Positions 37,873 to 50,000 of a stretch of 64,000 nucleotides of DNA are shown piece by piece (the first letter of the stretch is position 1; each line of letters begins with the position of its first letter). The position numbers and the translations under genes are program-made. The notes under the pieces are model-generated. The model ran no database searches, was not told where the DNA came from, and was given only the letters and a program-made list of their open reading frames with translations. Origin of the DNA: Felis catus (taxonomy: Eukaryota); the NCBI RefSeq assembly GCF_018350175.1, contig NC_058373.1:103914001-103978000 (forward strand), given 5' to 3'.

Positions 37873-38785
37873 TTTTGTTTGTTTGTTTTTAAAGATTTTA
37901 TTTTTAAGTAATCTCTATGCCCAAAGTGGGGCTTGCACTCACAACCCTGAGATCAAGAGTAACACACCTCACTGAGCCAGCCAGAAGTCCATCATTTTTT
38001 TTTAATTTTTTTTATTAACATTTATTTATTTTTGACACAGAGAGAGAGAGAGAGAGACAGAGCATGAACGGGGGAGGGTCAGAGAGAGGGAGACACAGAA
38101 TCTGAAACAGGCTCCAGGCTCTGAGCTGTCAGCACAGAGCCCGACGTGGGGCTCGAACTCACGGACCGCGAGATCATGACCTGAGCCGAAGTCGGCCGCT
38201 TAACCGACTGAGCCACCCAGGTGCCCCTCCATCATTTTTTTTTAATCCATGTTTTTATCTGATATTTTTCACACAAAGAAAGAAATACATGCTTGCTAAA
38301 GAGCGTAAATAAAATATTTCTCTTTCTGGTTTTTCATGACAGCACTCTTTCTTAATTTTCTTCCCACTTTCCTTGCAAGTTTCTTCTGGCTTCTATATAT
38401 GTTCTTGTTCCTTCTCCTGACATTTTACGGGTGGAGCACTCCAAGATTCTGTGCTCAGTCTTCTTCTCTTCTTACAGTAAACATTTTCTGGTGTTCACAT
38501 TCATAACGCTAAGGATAACTCCAGTTATGACTTCTTTTTGAGTCTAGGAAGAAGAGTATACACAATCAGACATAACCACTTAGGTATCTCAAACGGATTT
38601 CAAGCTGAAAATGTCCCCAAATTACTAACTACCTCCATAAACCTGCTGCTTCTCCCTTTTTTTTTTTCAAGTTTATGTGTTTATTGTTTTTAGTAATCTC
38701 TGCACCCATTGTGGGGCTCCAACTCATGACCTTGAGACCAAGAGTAGTATGCTCTTCCAACTGAGCCATCTTGGACTCCTTTTCT

Positions 38786-38825
<40 letters not shown>

Positions 38826-40158
38826 TCATGTTTAGTTATTATTGAGAGACAGAGAGAGACAGAGCATGAGCATGGGAGGGGCAGAGAGAGGGGGAGACAC
38901 AAAATCCAAAGCAGGCTCCAGGTTCCAAGCTGTCAGCACAGAGCCCGACGCGGGGCTTGAACTCACAAATCACACAATTATGACCTGAGCTGAAGTCGTA
39001 CGCCCAACCGACTGAGCCACCCAGGTGCCCCATCAGATTCCTTTTCCATTTTTCTTATAAATAAGTGGCACCAGTATCTGTCAACGTCATTGCCTAAGGA
39101 AAAATCCAGACAGTTATTTCAAGATTTTTTCCCCCTTCGACTCACATCTAATTAATCAATAGCTACTGTTGATTCTGATTTCTAAATGTATGTTTTATCT
39201 TTCTCCTCTTTTCCAACCTTAGTACCTCTGGAAAGGTTCAGCTCTTCAATATCCATTGTCTGCACCATTGAAGTACTTGGTCATTGTTTTTTCTGCCTCC
39301 ATGTCTGTCCTCCCCCAACTTATTCTATGCATTTTCTAAATAAAAAGCTGATCACGTTACTTGAAATTCTTCAATTAACCTCTATGGTCTATGGAATAAA
39401 AATTACATATTTAAAAATGATTGATTTATTATTATTTTTTAATAAAGTATTTTAATTTTATTTTAATTTTATTTTTTAAAGTTTATTTATTTTGAGAGAG
39501 AGCAAGAGAGTTTGTGTGTGTGCAAGTGGGGCAGAGGCAGAGAGAGAAAGGGAGAGAGAGAATCCCAAGCAGACTCCGTGCTGTCAGCACAGAGCCTGAC
39601 ATCGGCCTTGATCCCACATGAGATTATGACCTGAGCCAAAATCAAGAGTTAGATGCTTAGCCGACTGAGCTGCCCAGGTGCCCCACATTTTTATTTAATG
39701 TGAACTGTATGCCCAGTGTGGGGCTTGAACTCATGGCTGAGGCAGCCAGGCGCCCCTATTCTTTTAATGCAGAAACAGCCAAAGTTTTAGTTTTTAATAT
39801 TTAACAGCAGAGCAGACCAAGGTCTGAGATGTGAAGTTACCATGTTCAAAAAATTGGTGGGGCAGGAGGTAGAAATCACTCTATAAACTAATGGTATAGT
39901 ATGTGATAAAAAGAATACTCACTTTATAAAAAAAATTAATTCTGAAGACATTCTTAAGCATAGCATAAAATGAATTTTGCTATTTGTCCTCAGAATCCTG
40001 TTCATACCTCATTTCTTTCATATTTTGTTTGAACAATAATAAACTAGTTGTGTTTTCTTAAGCAGCCTAAATTATACATAGCTCTATGTCTTGGCATGTG
40101 ACAGTCTCTCTACCTGGAACAGTTACTATTTTTGCTGCTTTTTATTCTTGCTCATTTT

Positions 40159-40206
<48 letters not shown>

Positions 40207-41516
40207 TTTTTTTTAAGATTTTATTTTTAAGTAATCTCTGCACCAAATGTGGGGCTCAAACTCAAAACCCTGAGATCAAGAGTTGCATATTCTCTTTAAA
40301 AAATTTTAAGGGGCGCCTGGGTGGCTCAGTCGGTTAAGCGTCCGACTTCGGCTCAGGTCATGATCTCGTGGTCCATGAGTTCGAGCCCCGCATTGGGCTC
40401 TGTGCTGACAGCTCAGAGCCTGGAGCCTGTTTCGGAGTCTGTGTCTCCCTCTCTCTGACCCTCCCCTGTTCATGCTCTGTCTCTCTCTGTCTCAAAAGTG
40501 AATAAACGTTAAAAAAAATTAAAAAAAAAATTTTTTTAAAGGGGGGGAGGGGGGCACCTGGGTGGCTCAGTCGGTTAGGCTTCTGACTTCAGCCCAGGTC
40601 ATGATCCCATGGTTCGTGAATTCAAGCCCTGCATCAGGCTCTGTGCTGACAGCACAGAGCCTGGAGCCTCGTAAGGATTCTGTGTCTTCCTCTCTCTCTC
40701 TGTCCCTCTTCTGCTCATGTTCTGTCTCTCTGTCTCTCAAAAATAAACAAACGTTAAAAAAAAAATTTAAGAGTTGCATGCTCTTCCAACTGAGCTAGCA
40801 AGGCACCCCTTCTTATTCATTTTATCAAGTTCTATCTCAAAAGCTACTTCCTCTATAAAGTCTTCCAGACTCCATCATAGAACTGTAATTCTCTTCTTAT
40901 ATTTCTATTGTGCACTGCGCATGCTTATCACATAGAGATTACCTTATTGTAATTTAATTGTTTAAATAAATGCTTCCTCAAGAGACTGTGACATCCTTGA
41001 GTTCAGCAACTATGTAGGCCCAATGCCAGATATGCAGCATGTTGTCAAGTGAGCAGGCACTCAATACATATTTGTTGAATGCTCACTGGACTCCAGTGTT
41101 GATCCTTCCATTAGTAAAAATGCCCTTAAACCACAATGGCTGTGCTGAATCACTAAAAAAAACCTTGAGTGAAATTAAATGGTGGCTATGTGAAAATCCT
41201 TCACCACCAGAAAATAGTATATTTGTTTGTCATCATGGGAACAAGCCATAAAACTAGATATAAAAGCAACATAAAGGTTCATTACTCTTCCATATTTTGA
41301 ATTTTTTTTTTAGTGTTTTTATTTATTTTTGAGACAGAAAGACACAAAGCATGAGCAGGGGAGGGGCAGAGAGAGAGGGAGACACAGAATTCGAAGCAGG
41401 CTCCAGGCTCTGAGCTGTCAGCACAGAGCCCGATGCGGGGCTCGAACTCACGGACTGTGAGATCATGACCTGAACTGAAGTGGGACACTTAACCGACTGA
41501 GCCACCTAGGCACTCC
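37873..41516. mobile_element. Cluster of about 10 CanSINEs over degraded L2 sequence, with (TTTC)n tails
   Basis: Copies at about 37873-, 37995-, 38656-, 38778-, 39470-, 39688-, 40155- (split host), 40310+, 40550+ and 41300-. Confidence 0.88.
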
Positions 41517-42502
41517 TACTCTTCCATCTTTTGTAAGCAAGCTCTAGGTATTAAATTACCTCTTACGGGACAGATTTTTTTTTTCTTTTACCATTAGCAA
41601 CTGAGTCTCTATTTTAAAAAATGTTGCTCAAAACTTTCATATTATAGATCTTACAAAAACTTGCATATTAATCTCAGAGTTATCCCTTAAACAAGGGTAT
41701 TTTGATAACTCCAAGTAGCTATTTTAAAACCGTACATCAAAACTTTTTTATGGTATCAGGTTCCCTGAAAAAACATGCAAGGAATTTCCTTTATTTTTTT
41801 TGATGACTGTATTTGGCTTAGGCTGATCCCAAAACATAATACTTTCATTTTATAAGCAAGAGTTATTACATTTTACTTGGCTTTAAAGTCATTGCCTTTG
41901 TTTGCGAACTGTCCTTGATAATGTTAATGGTTCATGGATAAAGTTATTTGGAAAACAGATTTCATGCTACTCTGAAGAATGTCAGAGTTGAAAAATCAGC
42001 CAGAAGTAAAGACAATAATACCTTAAGCCTAAAAATCTGGTCATTCTATCGCACTGTTAGTGCCTATGCTTACTGGTCCTTCAAGACTCTGAAATGGAGG
42101 TGAGAAAACTAAGCTGTCTTCTTAGTTCTGGAGGGTGGTGTGCAGATTAGGGAGATAAGAGTTAGACCGTAGGGTTCACCAGTAAACAGATTGGAGTTTC
42201 TCCCCTTTAATGGCTAATGCACAACATTTTGGTGAAACCATCATATTTCTTACCAGATGGCTGAAACTTTGTCCTATGATGCAGTTTGGAGATAGTAGAG
42301 AAGTGGGCATAGCTCTCCCCAAAACAGACTTAAGTCATTGCCACTAGTTTCATCTTTATTTCCATGATGCTCACTTTCTCCTATTGAATTAATCCATCTA
42401 TTGGGAACCATTTGGAGAGAGAGGAAGAGTGAACAACATGAGAGAAAAGAGAGAGAAGAGCGAGGAGACAGGGAGGGAAGGAAGAATGGCAGGGTGTAGG
42501 TG

Positions 42503-43135
42503 AGGACGCCTGGCTGGCTTAGTCGGTAGAGCATGTGACTCTTGATCTTGGGGTGGTGAGTTCAAGTCCCATGTGAGGCGTAGAGCTTACTTAAAAAAAT
42601 CAGATGGATTTAATAAAAACTTTTTAAAAAATCAATGATACTACAAAAAAGAATGGCAGGTGTAGAAGAAGAGGAAAAGGGAAGAAAGGACAGAGAAGGA
42701 AGAAGTATGTGTGTGTAAAAGAGACAGACAAACATGGGTGGGGGGCTGGGGAGAAGCAGAGGAAAGAAAGAGAAAAAGATAATAGGTGATATTCAGTGGA
42801 TTTTCTAGCAGCTTTCACTTGATCAAAATAAGTGGAGACAAATTAAAGTCTTCCCTTGAAAGTTCTCTCAAGTTATTTTTCCTTGAAGATGAGGTAAAAT
42901 GTCAACATTTCTACTAGGAAATTTAATAACTTAAGGGAGTGTATATTGTTACTTGGCCTTCACTTAATAATGATTTCAAAAATTCAGAATAGGAATAATT
43001 TTATTTCAAAGTACTGACCATATTAGGGGCACTTGGCTGGCTCAGTCAGTAGAGCATGCGACTCTTGATCTCAGGGTCATGAGTTCGAGTCTCACATTGG
43101 GTGTAGAGATTACTTAAAAATACATTAAAAAAATA
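42503..43135 (+). mobile_element. Two short CanSINEs (about 42503-42650 and 43026-43135)
   Basis: tRNA-like heads, GACTCTTGATCT, GTAGAG..TACTTAAAA tails, imperfect TSDs. Confidence 0.9.
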
Positions 43136-43429
43136 AAAGTATTTACTATATTAGATCATAACATTTACCCCTGAACAGAACAAGTACAAAAGCAAAGCTC
43201 ATTCCTGCCCCCACCCGAGGTCCGCCCAGAATATAATGCCATTTTCAGAAGAGAAGGAAGAAGTCCATACCTTTTTCTTTTGCTCTTGCTGATATGAACG
43301 AGTGGCCCTATCCTCCTGAGCTTCATAGACCAAGTCTGACCATGATCTCACAGAGTCAATGTTTGTTAGATGCTTTGTCAGCATCAGTTTCATCCTTTAC
43401 TCTTCCCAATAGTCTCTAGTTTCCTTTGG

Positions 43430-43830
43430 GGGTCTATGTAATTTTATGAAAGCCTACCTCACTGCATCCTAGAGTAGGCCAAGCCAATCACCGCATTCTA
43501 TCTTCTTGACTGCAGCAGTGGAAGCAAGGGTCAACATGTGAACTGAGCTGACCATACAGTGGCTATAGAGGGTTTTCTGGGAATGCTAGAACAAAGTTGC
43601 TCTCCCTGACACAAAAAAAGAAAGCATATGGCTCCAGAAACTATGAGCAGCCATTTTGGGAGTAGGCGTGGAGCTAGTCTTGGATGAAGCTGACATGAAT
43701 TGCTGGAAAGAACTCGCCAGATCTTTTGGATATCCCTGAGGTATCAGATCAAGCCTCATCTACAACATCCCTATCTCTGGATTTTTTGGTTGTGTGAGGT
43801 GATAAATGTTCTTTTCTGTATTATTTACTG
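43430..43830 (+). mobile_element. MaLR LTR (MLT1-like) relic
   Basis: GGCCAAGCCAATCA, GCAGCCATTTTG, GGATGAAGCTGACA, GATCAAGCC, GATAAATGTTCTTTT motifs. Confidence 0.6.
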
Positions 43831-45479
43831 TCAGTCTGAGTGTAATGTAAATGTTTTCCCTTCAGTAAAGAGATTATGCTGCCAGAAAGAGCCATTACTA
43901 TGCTTTCTGTTTTAAGTAATGATGACTGCTCTTTTTGAAAAGATCCCGGGACAGGCAGCAGCAGAATTTTATACTGGGAAGATACTTTCAGACTGCAGAA
44001 AACAGAGTATCTTCAGGGGTTGGCCAAGGGATTTCAGTCTGGGATTCTTCTAAGAATGTCCCTCTTGCTATAAGATACTAAAGCTTTTTCATGATTAAAA
44101 TTCCATTGTAACTTGTTTCTGATTTATTTATCATCTATAATATGTGAGAGAAATTAATGTATAAAAGTTCATGAATGAAATAGTGTGAAGATTAGACAGA
44201 ATCTTTTGAAATAGGGTCAATTTTTCATATCTGGAAGTCAAAGAAGAGAGTACAATATAGTTCTATTCTACAATTCCTGGAGCCCTTAGTTTACGCCTGG
44301 AACTCTTTAGATTCCACAGGCGCAGCAGAGGCAGGCAGGTCAAACAGACTTTACCTTCAGGAAGTTTCTAGTCCAGCTGGTAAGGATTAGACAGGGGCTT
44401 AAATTAGACTAGCAATAGCTGTCATTGTTAGCTATACTTATGAGCTTATGAGTAAAAAGAAACAAATATAATAAAACTATAATGTGGCATGGGGTTTGGA
44501 TGAAGGAGAAAGACCATATAGTTGGGAGAGAATGGGAAAGGGCAAAGGTAGGTTTCATGGAGCTGAGACCATGTGAGCTGGATCCTGAAGAATCGCTGCT
44601 TCTGTAATTCCCTGTCATTTGTTGCTCCCTTTCATGGCACCCTTTTCCTTCTTCGGCAGCTACTTGCATGTTTATTTATTTAATGATCCATCTCACCAAG
44701 CTATTGATTTCCACTCTGATTTGCTCCCCATTGTATTCCCAGCACAAGGCCCAGTGCCTGGTACATAGTATGCGATCAATAAAAATCTGTTGAGTGAATA
44801 AATGAACAATTAGATGAATGATGGACGGCACTAGGTACTATTGCTGAAGGCCAGTTATGGAACACTCACTGTGGTCAGCACATAGGTAATCAAATGTATT
44901 GCATGTAACAAAAATACGAGGTACGTTTTATGTCAGCTTTGTAGAGGAAGAGACGGAGAACTACAAAAGATAGATAGCTTACCCAGTGCCATGCTACAAG
45001 TGCCTGGCTGTAGCCATACCCACGGAGGTCTCTCTCCAAAATTTGCGCCGCCAATCACTGCACAATATTGCTTCCCCTTCACTATGTACCATGTGCCATT
45101 TGTTGGACACGCGTTACCCCATTTTACTTTCTCATTTACTTCTAGCAACAACCTGTGAGTTAGTTATCGCTAGCCTCGTTTAACAGCCGCGAAATCAGAT
45201 TCAGAGATGTTTGTTCATTCACTCAACAAATATTTATTATCTGTCTACCAATTGCCAGTCGCGATGCTACTCCTGGAGACAGAATGGTGAGACAAACAGT
45301 CATCCTCCCTGCCCATGTGGAACTTATGGACTTCTAGGGGAGGCAGACAGTGATCAGATGTACAATAACAAACCGTGAGAAGTGCTGCAGGGAAAGTCAG
45401 GGTGTCCTACGTGCACCTCATGGCTTCAGTGAGGCCCATGTGACTCCAAGGCTCTCAAGTTTTTATACGACTCTTTTAA

Positions 45480-47006
45480 AAAAATTATTTTAAGTTTATT
45501 TATCTATTTAGTTATTATTTGAGAGAAAGTGTAGGAGCGGGGGAGAGGAGCAGAGGAAGAGAGAGAGAGAAATCTTAAGCAGGCCCCACTCTTAGCAAGG
45601 AGCCTGACGCAGGGTTCAATCTCACCACCCGGAGATCATGACCGGAGCTGAAATCAAGTCAGATCAGAGTCTTACCGGACTGAGCCACCCAGGTGCCCCT
45701 CTTTTTGGTTTTTAACAACATGGTGGATAAAACTTGAACTGGCAGAGAGGAAGGACAGGAGTGGCCCCCAAAGTGCAACTCTCTAGTATGACCAGAGAAG
45801 GTGGGGGGATAGGTGTAGGAAATCATGTGAGTAGCTGAGGCTGGAAAACTCACAGAGTGTTGAAGGTCTAGTAAGGGACTGTCCTTCTTTAGGAAGGCAA
45901 TGGAGAGCCATTCAAAAGGTTTTGAATGAAATCTCAAATCAAAGTATCTTTTAGAGAAGAGTAGCTTAAAAAGCAGAAACAGTGACAGAGGTGGCATGGG
46001 GGGAAGACTTACTGACTGGTTCAACATGGCACTAAGTTTGGATTTATTTTGCCTATGTTTTTTTTTTTAATTTTTTTTTTTTTAACATTTATTTATTTTT
46101 GAGACAGAGAGAGACAGAGCATGAACTGGGGAGGGGCAGAGAGAGAGGGAGACACAGAATCCGAGGCAGGCTCCAGGCTCTGAGCCATCAGCCCAGAGCC
46201 CGACGCAGGGCTCAAACTCACGGACCGCGAGATCGTGACCTGAGCTGAAGTCGGACGCTCAACCGACTGAGCCACGCAGGCACCCCAATTTTGCCTATGT
46301 TTTGTCAGTGTATTAGTTAGGATGTAGGCTTAGCTGAAAACACAGGGGTTTTAACAAGACAGGAGCATATTGTTTCTCTCACATAGAGGTTGAGCTGAGA
46401 TGGCAACTCTGTTCCCGAAAACCATTAAGGGTTCTTTTATTTCGATTTGAAGAGGGAGAAGGGTGAAAAGAAGTCCTGCTACTTAGGGACCCAACAAGGA
46501 GGAGGTTGCACACGTCACTTCTGCTCGCTTCATCTCGGCCAGAGCCGAGCCTTAGAGCTGCACTCGGCAGTTATAAGGAGATGTGTAAACGTCATCTCTG
46601 GTTTTGCTGTCTGCATGCCTTAGGGCAAAAATCCATAACTATGGAAAAGAGGGCATGATTATTAGGATACGACCAGCAGTCTCTGCCATACTCGCAGGCT
46701 TCTCTTCTGAGAAAGAGAAATCTCGGTGATTCATTTGCTCCTGTTAGAAAAGCATCCAAGAAAATTAAAAAAAAAAAAAAAATTTAATGCTTATTATTTT
46801 TGAGAGAGAGAAAGAGAGCAAGCAGAGGAGGGGCAGAGAGGGAGGGAGACACAGAATCAGAAGCAGAATCCAGGGTCCGAGCTGTCAGCCCAGAGCCCGA
46901 CGCAGGGCTGGAACTCACATACTGGGAGAACTCCCATACCGGGAGATCATGATCTCAGCTGAAGTCAGCTACTTAACCCACCGAGCCACCCAGACCCCCC
47001 CCCCCA
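45480..47006 (-). mobile_element. Three minus-strand CanSINEs (45480-45699, 46058-46286, 46775-47006) and an MLT1-like LTR (about 46308-46690)
   Basis: SINE heads and TSDs (e.g. ATTTTGCCTATGTTTT); LTR end TGTATTAGTTAGGAT..TTAACAAGACAG..TTTCTCTCACATA. Confidence 0.85.
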
Positions 47007-50000
47007 CCAGAAGGCATCCAAATTTTAAATAATGTTGGATTTTTAAAGAATTAAAATTGTTAAAAAAATTTTTTCACATACCATAGAAAGCTAAGTAAAA
47101 TTTGACAGCTTATAACTCAAAAACACAATAATAACACAAATAATAACACAAAATAATAACACAAAAAGCAAAATCCATTCTGATTCCATAGATAACTATG
47201 GAGAAAAACTTTATTTTAAAACAAATTACCTAGAAAAAGATAAAGTAAGTAATCCATCATATACTTTTATGTCCTTAAGACTGCAAAAGGTACTATTTGA
47301 CACTCTGATATTAATATTAATGTTAGCCATACTAGTATTTGACATTAACATTGCATATATTTTCCTTCTCCCTTAATTTCCCATTAAAAAGTAACAACCC
47401 ATTCCTTAGTTGAAGACTGAGAGTCATTTTTACCAAACTTGAAGAACGAGCAGTCAAAAGAAAATGCCTCTGTGTTTGGGGTGTTCCCATCTTAGCAGGT
47501 TCTATGATGTGAGTGGCTTCTGCCCTGAACCATGAAAGGAAGGATTCCACTGGGAGGACTGAGGCTGAACTGATGCACTTCCTGTGTCACAGCTGGGACA
47601 GCAACATACAATATCCACGCCATAGAGTAAAGCACATTTGCTGTCCTGGGCAGCCCTTAATTTTAGTTCATTTTCCTGCACCTATTTATTTGATCGCTCA
47701 TTAATTGCCTCTGAGCAGAGAAAATGTTTCCTTTAAGAAGGTTAAACAAAGAGTTTATTGACATAAGTGAATTGGTGGAAGAAAACATTATTAAATAAAA
47801 GACACTTATTTAAACACCAAATTAATCATTTAAAGGCAAATTAGAGGTCATATCCCCTCCTAACTAAATAATGTTAACCAGTAATGAGATATCCATTTTA
47901 GATATAAGCACTTTCAGATTCAGGCTGCTGGTTGAGCTGTGCCTTGGGTTTCCAAGTGTTCAGAGTCCATAATTACACTGGTGCTTTAAACGTCACTATT
48001 TTAAACCATATTCCATCTATAATGGGATAATGTGATATCGTTTTTCATTGTATAATTAAAAACTGAATAAATAAAGCTTCTCTTTCATCCCAGCAGAAAA
48101 GAAGACTCGTGCTCTGAGAGAAGACCCCCCAGTGGAGACAGACTCACCTCGGGCTCTGGCTCCAATTATTGAACTTCCCACACCACCGGTGCTTGCGTGT
48201 TCTTGGCGACGGCCAAGTTGATCCGGCTGGGCCACAGGTAACTTTCCGATATCCTAGCTGGGGCCATATGCCCGCCCGGCTATTCTACATCTGCACCTCT
48301 TTCAGGACTCCATTATGTAAGCTTCAGAGACTGAAGAGAAAGTCACAGCGATTTTTGTTGTGCTAGAGGTAGTGCAGTTCCTGCAGTTGTCTGGTATTTT
48401 AGCTTGGTATTTTTCTCTTCCAGTTGGAGGGTGTCACAAGTGCCTACCCACATCCAGCCACACACCTTTGTCACGCAACCACAGGGGCAATGCCCCATGC
48501 ACCAGTCCACTGCTGGGCTCGCATTAGCTGGACTCCCAACCACCATGACTGTTGAGTGTTGACAGGTGCCAGAGATTCACCCTCCAGGCTCTTCCATTGA
48601 GAAACTGACGCTGAAACCAGCGGCTTTGTGCCACACGGTGCTGAAGTTTCTTTTGTAGCCAGACAGGAGTCAGGAAAATTTTAAGGTTAATCCAATCTGA
48701 CGTTAGCCCGCCCCTGTTGGATATGACCATCAGATGGTCCAGCAGATTCTTTTTTATCAGAATATTTTATTGTGCATATGTGGAGAAGATGGGGGAAAGA
48801 CTCCCAATGGACAAGAGCTTGATTTGGTTCGTATTTTTTTGAGCGTCCGTTTCCGACTGATCTTTTAACCCCCTGTAAATCAATTAATCTTGCTTTTATA
48901 ATAATTGTCTTGATTCAGCATGGTTTATCAATGAATACTGCTTACCTTAACTCATTGCTGCCCCTTGCTTGGGTAACCTATGCTTTTTGAAGGCATGGGA
49001 CTAGATCCAGGCTTTAAAGGCCTGAGGTAACTCTTGGAAATACCATCCAACAATCTGAGTCTCGCTGTTCCCACCACATACTAACTGGAATTATGGCCTC
49101 CTCCAAATCCTATTCTCCCAACCACATGACTTCTTTTTTCAGCTGTGACAAGAGAATCAGCTTATGACAAATTGCGCGTCGGAGAAGGTATATCTCTATG
49201 ATGTGGGTGGGCAACGTAATTTAGGATTCTACAGGCTTATGCCCAACCCATTATCTGAAGGCTAAGGAGCGGTAAAGGGAAAAGTTGGTCCAAGCAATCC
49301 TGATACTGCTCATTAACTGGGAGACAGAAAGGAATAAAATAGGACTTTCCTGATTATTGCAGGAGCTCTCTCCACTTCCCCACGCCACACCCCCTCCCCC
49401 CCATCAGACATTTAGACTGAGGAAGAAAGGCACTTTGTGTTTAAGGTTAATCAAGTTTCAGTACAATTTTTTTTTTTCAAACTAGAATCACACTAATCTT
49501 TTTTTCTTGCTCTAATGTGTGGCTGTTGAAATCCTCAGCTGTGATAAATTAAGCTACTTATTAATCTAATTATCGTACATTCATCCTAGAAACTTTCATG
49601 TGACTTGAAAAGGCTATTCAACCTTTTCCCTCCCCTCCTAGAAAGGGCTCAACCTTGCACCAATTAAGATCATTCTGAAGTAAGGCTTTAAAAAAGCTTT
49701 CTCTAATCACCCAATGGAACATGGACCAGTGGAAACCAAACTCAGAGCTCTGGGAAAAAGTTTAGCATTCCTTTCTGTCTGCCAACTTTTATGGTTTCAT
49801 GGCACAAGGGAGGAAGACTTCATTTTCCTATTTAGTTGTTCTTTCACTGACCTCCAAATAAAGTCCATGTAATTACTGAGCAAATAAAGTTGCAGCATGT
49901 GTTTTAAAAATCAATTGCCATTCTTGGACTATAGAAATGTAACAATACACAGATTTGCCGGAAAATGCCCAGCACCAACCATATGAACTAAACCCTGTAC

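Noticed and set aside
8224..46275. Recurrent ORFs 'MAQSVKRPTSAQVMIS...' and 'ERGRGRERGRHRI...' resembling a paralogous gene family
   Set aside because: They are translations of CanSINE copies in either orientation.
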